A stretch of 64,000 nt of DNA from Poseidonia sp. (GTDB lineage Archaea; Thermoplasmatota; Poseidoniia; Poseidoniales; Poseidoniaceae), in contig JAYQVP010000002.1 of NCBI GenBank assembly GCA_038148515.1, positions 25,635-89,634 of the forward strand, read 5' to 3'. Under the pieces are notes generated by a model. That model searched no databases. It had not been told where the DNA came from and worked only from the letters and a program-made list of their open reading frames with translations. Shown in pieces: positions 1 to 8,418 of this stretch. How positions within the stretch are numbered: position 1 is the first letter of the stretch; each line of letters opens with the position of its first letter. A program made the position numbers and the translations under genes.

Positions 1-249
1 GCTCGGACCGGGGGGGCCACCGCTGGGGGAACCACCGGGTCCGCCTTTGGGAGGACCGCCGGACTTGCTCGGACCGGGAGGACCGCCGGACTTACTCGGA
101 CCGGGAGGACCGCCGGATTTGCTCGGACCAGGAGGACCTCCACTCTTGCTCGGACCAGGAGGACCGCCGGATTTGCTCGGACCAGGAGGACCACCGGACT
201 TGCTCGGACCAGGAGGACCTCCGGACTTGCTCGGACCGGGAGGACCGCC
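1..249. repeat. Tandem 27-nt repeat, about 7 clean plus 2 degenerate units (plus-strand unit gctcggaccgggaggaccgccggactt); coding, = (PSKSGGPPG)n of the minus-strand gene
   Basis: Units start at 67, 94, 121, 148, 175, 202, 229 with a 27-nt period; 1-66 is degenerate. Unit-to-unit differences (ggactt/ggattt/cactctt, ccggga/ccagga, gaccgcc/gacctcc/gaccacc) are synonymous in the minus-strand frame (Ser TCC/AGT, Lys AAG/AAA, Pro/Gly third positions). The array may continue left of the window. Confidence 0.9.
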
Positions 250-1449
250 TCTTGCAGGTGGTGCTTGATCAGCCGTTTCCTCGTCGTCTTCCTCAAACAC
301 AGCACCACAGTGCGGGCAGGTGGAGTCGCTTTCCTTGACCAAGCCATCGCACATTTCGCATGCAAACATGTCTTCTTCGGGTTCTTCATCACCGATTTTC
401 TCCGTTTTGCCATCCTTTGAACGGAACATGGTGATGTTGCAAGTGATGTCGTACCCTTTGAGCGCCATCTCGGTTTGAATGGCTTGTTCAAAGGCTTGGG
501 TCAGGACATCGGGGGTATCGAGCACACGTCCGTCATCGACATAGGTGACATTCACCGTGAACACATCGCCTTCGAGCTTGGTTTGCGGTGCTTCTACAGC
601 CACCCCGCGCTTTCGGGCGACTCGACGTAACGCCACTTCAGACACTCGGCGCAAGAGAGCCTCGTTCGGAGCTTCTTGATTGGAGGCCCCGGTGGTTCCA
701 GCCAAAATGTCAGCAGCCGGATTGGTGACGCCAGCAGCACCTCGCAAGTGAGCGGGTAAGTCGCCTCCACCGATATTGGCCAATACCGATGAGGCGGGGC
801 TCTGATTCATGGAAAGCCATTGACTGCGCCGATCTTCTTTGACCGCTCGTTCCGCTTCTGCCAGACGATTGACCATGGCATCTGTGGGTGAATTGGCAGG
901 GTTGTGGGCAATCGTCGTACCACCTGCGCCCAATGGAGACACATTGGATGCTCCACTTGGCATGGCGCCGCTTGCGATAGAAGGACCACGTTGAATGTTG
1001 GGCATATCGTTGAGAGGGCCCGTTGGCGTGGAAGGAACGACGTTGCCGCCCATGGGTTGCTGGGGAGGGAAGCCCTGGTTGACATGGGGTGGGTAACCCT
1101 GGTTTGCTTGCGAGGGAAAGCCACCCATCGGTTGTTGGGGGTACGTTCCAGGAGGTAGATTGGGTTGTTGCTGAATTCCCTGCGCCATGCCTTGAAGCAT
1201 GTCTTGGTTGATGTTTCCCATTTGGTTCATGTTGGCTTCCTGAGCCATACGCTGGTCCTGTCCGGAAACGGGGTCAAAGGACCGTTGCTGTTGGGGGAAG
1301 GCAGGGATGTTGGTTGACGGTTGTTGAGGAGGAAAGCCCGAGGAAGCCGAGACATTTTGACGAGCACCGCATTCTGGACAGAACATACTGTCAACTGGTA
1401 TCATCTCGCCACACGAACCACAGTTCACTGTCCTACCCCCCGATACCAT
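1..1449 (-). CDS. Zinc-ribbon protein with Q/N/M/P-rich low-complexity core and C-terminal (PSKSGGPPG)n tail; partial (3' end lies beyond window start)
   Basis: Not in the ORF track because it has no in-window stop. My minus-strand translation from ATG 1449-1447 stays open to position 1. It reads MVSGGRTVNCGSCGEMIPVDSMFCPECGARQ (CxxC-x10-CxxC), then a QQP/MGG/NQ-rich stretch, a small mixed domain, a second ribbon FACEMCDGLVKESDSTCPHCGAVF (~370-300) and the 9-aa repeats. Frame re-checked at ATG codons 1248 and 468 and at repeat codon 69 (all 0 mod 3). Confidence 0.75.
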   Translation of the reverse strand, partial: MVSGGRTVNCGSCGEMIPVDSMFCPECGARQNVSASSGFPPQQPSTNIPAFPQQQRSFDPVSGQDQRMAQEANMNQMGNINQDMLQGMAQGIQQQPNLPPGTYPQQPMGGFPSQANQGYPPHVNQGFPPQQPMGGNVVPSTPTGPLNDMPNIQRGPSIASGAMPSGASNVSPLGAGGTTIAHNPANSPTDAMVNRLAEAERAVKEDRRSQWLSMNQSPASSVLANIGGGDLPAHLRGAAGVTNPAADILAGTTGASNQEAPNEALLRRVSEVALRRVARKRGVAVEAPQTKLEGDVFTVNVTYVDDGRVLDTPDVLTQAFEQAIQTEMALKGYDITCNITMFRSKDGKTEKIGDEEPEEDMFACEMCDGLVKESDSTCPHCGAVFEEDDEETADQAPPARGGPPGPSKSGGPPGPSKSGGPPGPSKSGGPPGPSKSGGPPGPSKSGGPPGPSKSGGPPGPSKSGGPPKGGPGGSPSGGPPGPS

Positions 1450-1595
1450 TGGTTAGGCTACCCTCCCTAAAGGCTTGCGTCCATCGTTCGTCCAGCGTCT
1501 CATTCGCAGCCACCCATTGACTTCTCGGAACTTACCCATCCGACGAATACCTTCATTCCCCTTTTTTGTTTGGCAGAAGGTGAGGGGGCATTGCT

Positions 1596-2627
1596 TTGAG
1601 CGTCTTGGTCAACGAGAAGATCGACAAACTTCTCGAAACAACCTCTCGATCTTTTTACCCGACGTTGAAGTACTTACCCAAGAAAACTCGTGGCCAAATT
1701 GGACTGCTGTACTTGCTCGCACGAGTGGCCGACACCATCGCCGACTCCAAAACCGGTGAAACGACATTGTTGGTTGAACTGCTCCAACGATACCGAGTGG
1801 CTGTGAACGACCGCACAGAGCCGCTGCCTGACTTCCACGACTTGGCGAGCATTCAGAGCGATCCTCACGAGGCGACTCTGTTGCGAAACGTTGGCGACGC
1901 CGTTGACGCGCTAAGCATGTATTCGGAAGAGGACCAAGCAAGGATGTTGGCTTGCCTCGACACCATCATCGAAGGCCAATTGCTCGACCTGGAACGTTTT
2001 GGGCCGGCCAAGGAGGGCGGCGACATCTCGTCATTACGCAACGACGAGGAACTCGACGACTATACCTTCCGAGTCGCCGGTTGTGTCGGTGTATTTTGGA
2101 CGAACATGTCGCTGGCACACTTGATGTCGCTCCCCGAGAACGAAGAACAACGATTTCTTGAACTTGGCATCCGGTTTGGAAAGGCCTTGCAGATGATCAA
2201 TATCCTGCGAGACATCCCTGAAGATTTGCGGTTTGGGCGTTGCTACATCCCCGAAGACGCTCTCGCCACCGTTGGACTAACACCCAAAGATTTGCTGGAC
2301 GACCGGAACCTCGAGGCCTTTCGGCCGCTCTACGACCAGTACCTCGATCTGACCAACGAACACCTTGAGGCCGCCACCGAGTACATCCGCATGATACCAG
2401 AAGGACAGTTTCGCCTGAAAGCATCATGCATGTTGCCAGTGTTGGTCGGTCAACGAACGGTTACTCTTCTTCGTACAGGCAACATCCTCAATTCGGACGA
2501 GCGTATCAAAGTGACACGGGACGAAATGAAGACGTACGCACGTAAATTGCTTCGAGCCTTGGTCATTCCAGGCGGCGTTCGGCGACTCTTGGAGAAAAAC
2601 AAAGATAGACCTGATTCTATAGAATGA
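1596..2627 (+). CDS. Squalene/phytoene synthase family enzyme, squalene-synthase-like
   Basis: 343-aa ORF (TTG start in track). SRSFYPTLKYLP...LLARVADTIADS (first Asp-rich block) and INILRDIPEDLRFGRCYIP (second DxxED block) are the two signature blocks of head-to-head trans-isoprenyl diphosphate synthases. The first block resembles the SRSF...LRALDT block of eukaryote-type squalene synthase. Confidence 0.8.
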   Translation: MSVLVNEKIDKLLETTSRSFYPTLKYLPKKTRGQIGLLYLLARVADTIADSKTGETTLLVELLQRYRVAVNDRTEPLPDFHDLASIQSDPHEATLLRNVGDAVDALSMYSEEDQARMLACLDTIIEGQLLDLERFGPAKEGGDISSLRNDEELDDYTFRVAGCVGVFWTNMSLAHLMSLPENEEQRFLELGIRFGKALQMINILRDIPEDLRFGRCYIPEDALATVGLTPKDLLDDRNLEAFRPLYDQYLDLTNEHLEAATEYIRMIPEGQFRLKASCMLPVLVGQRTVTLLRTGNILNSDERIKVTRDEMKTYARKLLRALVIPGGVRRLLEKNKDRPDSIE

Positions 2628-4030
2628 AAACCGTTTGTGAGTCGATACTTACTCAAAAGAAATTCTCGCTTTCAACGAAACCCCCAAGAGGAGGACTCTT
2701 AAACAAGCGGTGCAAGCCATCACCGGTTAGGATGCTCGAACGCCGAAAACCTCTCGACCTGCTCTTCCCTTTGAAAGGGAACGCATCGTCAAGAACCGGC
2801 GAAGAAGAAACCGGCAACCCAACGACCCTCGACCTGCTTCGGGCCGGCGTGACCTTGGCCAAAGATGCTGTGAAGGCCGTCAGCGTCACCGCCATGGAGG
2901 CGCTTCGAGAAGGTGCTTCGTTCATCGGTATCGTTGGCGAGCGAAACGAACTTGTTGATCCCTTCTCACACCTCGACGCTCCGATTTGGTCAGAACGCCC
3001 GCCGGCTGAACTGTTGAAATTGGCGTACCGCTATTGCGAGGAATTGACGCAGCGGGAAGCAGGAAACTTCTATCACTCCTTCAAATACCTCCCAGACGAA
3101 CAGCGATTGGCGATGTGCGCCATATACGCGTTCTGTCGGCGAGCGGACGACATCGCAGACGGAGACTGGGCGGACCGATTCCCCGGCAGCAAAGGAGAGA
3201 TGGATGCAGAAGCAATGGCGTACAGAATCCAACTTGAAACCCTGCAAAACCAGGGCACTATTCTCGATGAGGGCGCCTATCTCAACAAGATCACGCAACT
3301 TTTCTTCTTCCGCAAGAAACTCTCCACGTGCTACAGCGATGTTCACTCCACTGACCCGGTCTTCCTCGCACTCAAAGATACGGTCAAGCGCTACAACATC
3401 CCTCGTGAGGTGTTTGATGATCTCATCTCGGGTATGGAAGACGACCTCTACAACAACCGTTACCGCACCTTTGATGAGTTGTATGTTTACTGTTACCGCG
3501 TGGCTTCCGTGGTCGGCCTCATGTGCATTGAGGTCTACGGCTACGAGGACCCCTTGGCCAAAAAATACGCTGAATCATGGGGGATTTTCATGCAACTTAC
3601 GAATGTCTTGAGGGACGTCGGCGAAGACATTCAGCGAGACCGAGTCTACCTCCCGCTCAATGAACTGGAGCGAAACGGCATGACTGAAGGCGAACTCAAC
3701 GGGAAAATCGTTCTCAACAAACACTGGGAGCCATATTGTCGCAACTACGCCGCTCGGGCAAGAACCTACCTCGAAGAAGCTCGAGCCTTGTTGCCGCTTC
3801 TGCCACGTCGCACTCGGTATTCACCAGCGGCGATGATTGCCTTTTACGACAAGATTCTCAAACAAATCGAGAAGCAACAAGGCGATGTCTTTACCCAACG
3901 AGTCCGCTTGAACAAGGTCCAGAAAATTTCGCTGGCCGCCGCAGTTTACCTACGCCATCGGTTCCTTCCTGCCTTTTTGGACCCAGTATGGGCCGGATTG
4001 GCACGAGTCGGACTGCTTCCCTCGGTTTGA
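2624..4030 (+). CDS. crtB: Phytoene synthase / HpnD-like squalene-phytoene synthase family enzyme
   Basis: 468-aa ORF whose ATG overlaps the upstream stop (ATGA at 2624-2627). YCEELTQREAGNFYHSFKYLPDEQRLAMCAIYAFCRRADDIADG and QLTNVLRDVGEDIQRDRVYLP match CrtB-type enzymes. The ~130-aa N-terminal extension is unrecognisable, so the true start could be M37 (2732) or M91 (2894). The gene symbol is tentative. Confidence 0.8.
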   Translation: MKTVCESILTQKKFSLSTKPPRGGLLNKRCKPSPVRMLERRKPLDLLFPLKGNASSRTGEEETGNPTTLDLLRAGVTLAKDAVKAVSVTAMEALREGASFIGIVGERNELVDPFSHLDAPIWSERPPAELLKLAYRYCEELTQREAGNFYHSFKYLPDEQRLAMCAIYAFCRRADDIADGDWADRFPGSKGEMDAEAMAYRIQLETLQNQGTILDEGAYLNKITQLFFFRKKLSTCYSDVHSTDPVFLALKDTVKRYNIPREVFDDLISGMEDDLYNNRYRTFDELYVYCYRVASVVGLMCIEVYGYEDPLAKKYAESWGIFMQLTNVLRDVGEDIQRDRVYLPLNELERNGMTEGELNGKIVLNKHWEPYCRNYAARARTYLEEARALLPLLPRRTRYSPAAMIAFYDKILKQIEKQQGDVFTQRVRLNKVQKISLAAAVYLRHRFLPAFLDPVWAGLARVGLLPSV

Positions 4031-4067
4031 AACAATCTTTTAGTCACCTCTGCACCCGTGGAGCATC

Positions 4068-4577
4068 ATGCGAATTACATGCGTCGTCGCGCTTGCTATT
4101 TGCTTGCTTCCGATTGTAGCCGCTCACGGGGGCGATGATACCCTCGAGGAAGAAACAATCTCTCTGTCCAATGCCCAGATTGGAATCATCGGTGTTTTGG
4201 TCGCCATCACTGCGGGGATGCTCAACAGCAACGGTCTGTTGCTCAGTGACGATTTTTTGCCCGTATGGGCAACGACATTTGCCGTTTACACCGGCATAGT
4301 TCACGTCTTGCTCGGCATCAACGAACCGCTTCTACTGGTGGGGGGCATTGGTGTCATGGGCGTGGTTATCACCTCATTTTGGCGACGCAAAGACCCTGGC
4401 TTGAATCGATGGCGATGGCTGGTCCTTTCGGCAACCTCACTGGCCATGTTCGTTGGATATTTTCTTTCGAACCACGACCTCCACGCCATGACGGAAGACG
4501 GGCTTGGCATTACGAGCAAAATCGCTGAACTCGGCGTAATTGTGGGGTCAATACGACAACTTCGGGAGCAGCCTTGA
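4068..4577 (+). CDS. Hypothetical integral membrane protein
   Basis: 169 aa. Signal-like N-terminus (VVALAICLLPIVAA) plus about four hydrophobic helices; no recognisable family. Lies 37 nt after the crtB-like gene and 9 nt before the next ORF on the same strand. Confidence 0.5.
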   Translation: MRITCVVALAICLLPIVAAHGGDDTLEEETISLSNAQIGIIGVLVAITAGMLNSNGLLLSDDFLPVWATTFAVYTGIVHVLLGINEPLLLVGGIGVMGVVITSFWRRKDPGLNRWRWLVLSATSLAMFVGYFLSNHDLHAMTEDGLGITSKIAELGVIVGSIRQLREQP

Positions 4578-4586
4578 GGTGAGAAC

Positions 4587-5192
4587 ATGTACGACCGACG
4601 ACCTGTCATCCTTCTTGCCATCATCCTCTCGTTGAACGCCTCACTGCTTCCGGTGGACGGGTCCTCGCATGGGATGGAAGGCCTTTCGCAGGAAGGTTGC
4701 ACCTGCCACGGTGAAACACCGGGTGCGACCACGCAAGTCAACATTCAGGGGATTCCGGAAAATTTCACGCACGGCGAAACCTACCAACTCATCATCTCGG
4801 TGAGCGGCGGTCCGGCAGAAGCCGAACAAGGGCACCGTGGCGGGTTCAACCTCAAAGCCTCTGAGGGGGAGTTCTCACCCGTTGATGCGAGCACTCATGT
4901 TCTGACCAAAGGTGAGATCACACACGAGCACGCCGGAGCAAACCAACGAAGTTGGGTTGTGGAGTGGACTGCCCCATACAGCGATCAGGATGTGATGTTT
5001 ACTGTGGCTGGAAACGTTGTGGATGGGGACCACCAGCCAAGCGACGGCGATGATTGGGCCTTAGCGAGTTACACATCACTTGGCAGTGCCGTGACCTTGA
5101 GCGACCGCGTTGAACAACTGAAGGCTCCGGTATTGCTGGCCTTGTTGTTTGCGATACCCGCATTGATGCTGTATCGCACCAACAAGAAGTAA
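4587..5192 (+). CDS. Hypothetical secreted, C-terminally membrane-anchored beta-rich protein with CxCH motif
   Basis: 201 aa. Hydrophobic N-terminal signal (VILLAIILSLNASLLPV), C-terminal TM plus basic tail (LLALLFAIPALMLYRTNKK), and GCTCHGE near the mature N-terminus. The overall pattern is vaguely Reeler/DOMON-like (low confidence). Confidence 0.55.
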   Translation: MYDRRPVILLAIILSLNASLLPVDGSSHGMEGLSQEGCTCHGETPGATTQVNIQGIPENFTHGETYQLIISVSGGPAEAEQGHRGGFNLKASEGEFSPVDASTHVLTKGEITHEHAGANQRSWVVEWTAPYSDQDVMFTVAGNVVDGDHQPSDGDDWALASYTSLGSAVTLSDRVEQLKAPVLLALLFAIPALMLYRTNKK

Positions 5193-5203
5193 GCTCGACG
5201 ATA

Positions 5204-5225
5204 TTGAATTTGAATTCAAATTCAA
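5204..5225. repeat. Perfect 22-nt palindrome TTGAATTTGAATTCAAATTCAA in a convergent intergenic region (possible terminator or binding site)
   Basis: Checked base by base: the sequence equals its own reverse complement, is centred on GAATTC, and starts 12 nt after the TAA stop at 5190-5192. A second small hairpin GATGTG-tgtat-CACATC follows at 5230-5246. Confidence 0.6.
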
Positions 5226-5339
5226 ACCTGATGTGTGTATCACATCTCTTTGAGCCATCCTCAAGGACCAAACAGTGCGAACGTCGCTGAGCGTTGAGGG
5301 CAAAGTGGTGTTGATTGTTAAAAGCCAAACCGTCGACCT

Positions 5340-6515
5340 TCAAACATTTCGAGTGAATGCCTGAATACCGGTGATGTAACGGCCAAGAATGAGATTGTGG
5401 ATGTCGTGGGTGCCTTCGTAAGTTTTTACCGACTCGAGGTTGGCCATGTGGCGCATGACCGGGTATTCGTCAAGAACACCGTTTGCCCCGTGAATATCTC
5501 GAGCCACACGGGCAATCTCCAATGCAATATCCACGTTGTTCATCTTGGCGAGCGAAATTTGCTCTGGGAACCAGGTTCCATCGTCTTTCTTCTTGCCCAG
5601 ATGATAGGCGAGCAACTGGCCCTTGGTGATTTCACGCAACATCCATGACAACTTGTTCTGAACCAACTGGTATGAGGCGATGGGGTGGTCAAATTGTATG
5701 CGAGAGAGCGCGTAGGTTTTGGCGCTGTGGAAACAGGCCATAGCGGAGCCGAGTGCACCCCAAGAGATACCGTAACGAGCGTTGTTGAGGCAGGAAAAAG
5801 GACCGCGAAGGCCTTTCACACCGGGCAGAATTCGGTCTTTGGGAATCTTGCAGTCCTGGAACACCAATTCGCTCGTGACGCTGGCTTTGAGGGAGTGCTT
5901 GCCTTTCATTTCTGGGGCTGAAAACCCTTCATCGCCTTTCTCAACAATGAAGCCGCGAATGACGCCATCAAGTTTGGCCCAAACGACGGCGATGTTGGCA
6001 ATGGTGCCGTTGGTGATCCACATTTTTGCCCCATTCAGAAGATAATGGTCGCCCTTGTCTTCGGCTTTTGTGACCATGTCGCCGGGGTTGGACCCATAAT
6101 CGGGCTCGGTGAGTCCAAAACAGCCGACCCATTCACCGGAGGCCATTTTGGGGAGGTAATGCTCCTTTTGCTCTTCGCTTCCAAAGTCCCAAATGGGGTA
6201 CATAGCCAACGACCCTTGTACGGAAGCAAAGGAACGAAGCCCACTGTCGCCTCGCTCAAGTTCTTGACAGATCAGCCCGTATGCAACGTAGGACAAACCA
6301 GGGCAGCCGTACCCCTTCAACGGGGCGCCGAGGACACCCATTTCACCGAGGGCGACCCGCCATTCATCGAGGAACACACCTTCTTCGCAAGCCTGCTCAA
6401 TCTTAGGAATCACCGCTTCGTCGACCCATTCACGAACCATGTCGCGAATCATGATCTCTTCTTCGGTGAGCATACTTTCGATATTGTAGAAATCAAGACC
6501 TTCGAACGGCTCCAT
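5340..6515 (-). CDS. gcdH: Acyl-CoA dehydrogenase, glutaryl-CoA dehydrogenase-like
   Basis: 391 aa. GCFGLTEPDYGSNPGDM, KMWITNG, FSCLNNARYGISWGALGSAM and the N-terminal LDFYNIESMLTEEEIMIRDMVREW are colinear by eye with the glutaryl-CoA dehydrogenase subgroup of the ACAD family. ETF alpha/beta genes are 4 kb away. Confidence 0.85.
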   Translation of the reverse strand: MEPFEGLDFYNIESMLTEEEIMIRDMVREWVDEAVIPKIEQACEEGVFLDEWRVALGEMGVLGAPLKGYGCPGLSYVAYGLICQELERGDSGLRSFASVQGSLAMYPIWDFGSEEQKEHYLPKMASGEWVGCFGLTEPDYGSNPGDMVTKAEDKGDHYLLNGAKMWITNGTIANIAVVWAKLDGVIRGFIVEKGDEGFSAPEMKGKHSLKASVTSELVFQDCKIPKDRILPGVKGLRGPFSCLNNARYGISWGALGSAMACFHSAKTYALSRIQFDHPIASYQLVQNKLSWMLREITKGQLLAYHLGKKKDDGTWFPEQISLAKMNNVDIALEIARVARDIHGANGVLDEYPVMRHMANLESVKTYEGTHDIHNLILGRYITGIQAFTRNV

Positions 6516-6587
6516 GGCGACCCCTCAATAACAAGGCCACGCGGGTGATTCTTCAACATAACCCTCGGGCCGTACGCACGACATCGG

Positions 6588-7778
6588 TCAACGCTTTTTG
6601 AATCGCCATTGATTGTACTTCTTTTGCAACCATGGGCTGTTCATGTAGGTAAGCCCGAGAAGAACACCGGGGACCGAAACGGCGACGGCGCCGAGGATGA
6701 GGACCGTCATAATGTTCGTGTCGACCTCGACTACGGCTGGTTCAAAGGCGATGACATTGCCAAAGTTGGTGATGAAAAAGCCACGGTGAAACCCATTTTC
6801 CCATACCATCGCAAGGGTCCGACCTGCCACGACGGCATCAAACTCAGCGGCATCCTCAGGCATCAAAACGGTGAACGTCTCGTTGCTCAGCGGTTCATGT
6901 CGCAACATCCCTAATGGAGCCGTGGCGACCAGAGTGCTGGAGTCGTGACCTTTTGCAATGCCAATTTGTTCGCCCGAAGGAAGCGAAAATTGGCTGACGG
7001 ACATGGCGAATGATTGACGGGCATCGATGGTGTTGATGCGAATGGCTCCGCTCTTCAACCCGCTAGCAAAACCAAAGCATTCGTTGAGCGTTGGGTCAGC
7101 ACAATCCAGTCCAATCCACGTATGCGATGCGGTCTTGGGCAGCCAAGTCACAACGTGATCTTTGTCCACAATGGCGATGCCATCATCCATGGATGCGATG
7201 AAACAGATGTTGTATTGGGGATTACGATGGCATGCAAGGTCGGTTACTGGACTATTACCGGTGTTGTCAAGGGGTTCAAACCCAGTGTGTTCAGCGAACT
7301 TCCAGACCGTGCCGTCGGCAGCACCAACGTAGGCGAAATCTCCTGAAGGTCGCCAAACCACCTTGGTCAGTTGATGACCCAACACCGTGAAGGAGCCGTT
7401 AACGTTGGTAATCCCGTGTGTGGACCGCTCGTAACGCATCGCCATGCCGTCTTCACCAACCAGTAACGCCGTATTGCCGCGTGGATGCCAGGCAACATCG
7501 AGGACGGTTGATGAACGCCCGGTGACCAGTTCGACGTCCATATTGCGGTCATCGGCCTGTTCAGCAGAAATGAGGCGAGCAAATCCATCCATGCCGGCGA
7601 CAAGAACATCCTTCCCGTCAGGCGATACCGCACCTGAACGAATACCAAGGTCCCCCTCTGCGAGGACGCCGACATCCCGAAGGGAAACGCGGGAAACGAA
7701 TTCGTGGGAATCAGCCACGACCATCGGGGCAAGCAACACGAGGACAAGGAAGATGGCCCCCCAACTCCCTCTTCGCAT
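6588..7778 (-). CDS. Hypothetical surface protein, beta-propeller-like ectodomain with N-terminal signal and C-terminal TM anchor
   Basis: 396 aa. AIFLVLVLLAPMVVA signal and a C-terminal TM (IMTVLILGAVAVSVPGVLLGL) plus a basic tail. Has repeated blade-like segments (DGKDVLVAGMDGFARL, GNTALLVGEDGMAMRY, DFAYVGAADGTVWKF). Confidence 0.55.
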   Translation of the reverse strand: MRRGSWGAIFLVLVLLAPMVVADSHEFVSRVSLRDVGVLAEGDLGIRSGAVSPDGKDVLVAGMDGFARLISAEQADDRNMDVELVTGRSSTVLDVAWHPRGNTALLVGEDGMAMRYERSTHGITNVNGSFTVLGHQLTKVVWRPSGDFAYVGAADGTVWKFAEHTGFEPLDNTGNSPVTDLACHRNPQYNICFIASMDDGIAIVDKDHVVTWLPKTASHTWIGLDCADPTLNECFGFASGLKSGAIRINTIDARQSFAMSVSQFSLPSGEQIGIAKGHDSSTLVATAPLGMLRHEPLSNETFTVLMPEDAAEFDAVVAGRTLAMVWENGFHRGFFITNFGNVIAFEPAVVEVDTNIMTVLILGAVAVSVPGVLLGLTYMNSPWLQKKYNQWRFKKR

Positions 7779-7855
7779 GAACTTCCCACACTCCTCCGTT
7801 TCTAAACTCCTCCCCTCGGAAGACTTCGCTTGAGAGAACGAGAACAGCGACGCTT

Positions 7856-8407
7856 ATGAGTCGGCGACACCCCCCGAGGTATATGGAGCGCTTTGTTGTC
7901 AAAAGGGGACTCGTGAAAAGCATGGGTGGAAATGCTGGACTCGCCAAATTGGCGACGGAGTACTTTGAGAACATCAACGTGAATGCAGATGGTGAATTCA
8001 CCGGCAATTTTGGATTGATGGTCGAAGTTCGGGGCGCCTACGACGACGAGGGAAAATTAGCCGTGGAGGTTCAACAGCTCAAAGGAGACGAGTTGGCTGC
8101 GTTTTTGGACGGTGCTGGTGGCCGAGAGCAAGCCATGGAATCGCGTCGCCGCTGGTCGGCGTTTTTGGACGAGGCCACGGGTTACAACGCCAAGCAACGA
8201 GGCGACAAAGCCAAGGAAGAAGCAAAGAAATTCTCCAAAGCCAAATCCGCCATCAAAATGGCACACAAATCCATGGAGATGATGCAGGACCTTGACCCTG
8301 CTGTCATCGAGACAGCCAACATGATGATCGCTGACATCGAAGCGACCATTGACAGCGGAAAAGCACCAACAGATACTCAAGTCAAGAAACTCAACGATCT
8401 CTTTTGA
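7856..8407 (+). CDS. Hypothetical protein (small alpha/beta domain plus K/E-rich helical tail)
   Basis: 183-aa ORF with no recognisable motif. The true start may be MERF (7883). Its stop overlaps the over-extended TTG start of the tyrS ORF. Confidence 0.5.
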   Translation: MSRRHPPRYMERFVVKRGLVKSMGGNAGLAKLATEYFENINVNADGEFTGNFGLMVEVRGAYDDEGKLAVEVQQLKGDELAAFLDGAGGREQAMESRRRWSAFLDEATGYNAKQRGDKAKEEAKKFSKAKSAIKMAHKSMEMMQDLDPAVIETANMMIADIEATIDSGKAPTDTQVKKLNDLF

Positions 8408-8418
8408 GGGCGACCACC

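Noticed and set aside
1-249. Possible CRISPR array, given the regular 27-nt periodicity
   Set aside because: The units are directly abutting with no spacers, lie inside an open reading frame, and no cas genes are nearby. It is a coding tandem repeat.
47-268. Track ORF on the plus strand encoding (GGPPDLLGP)n
   Set aside because: It is the antisense reading of the 27-nt repeat. The minus strand carries a 483-codon open frame (1..1449) with zinc-ribbon motifs and a plausible ATG, and the repeat variants are synonymous in the minus frame.
4587-5192. c-type cytochrome, based on GCTCHG
   Set aside because: The motif is CxCH, not the CxxCH needed for covalent haem attachment. No second haem motif or cytochrome maturation genes are present.
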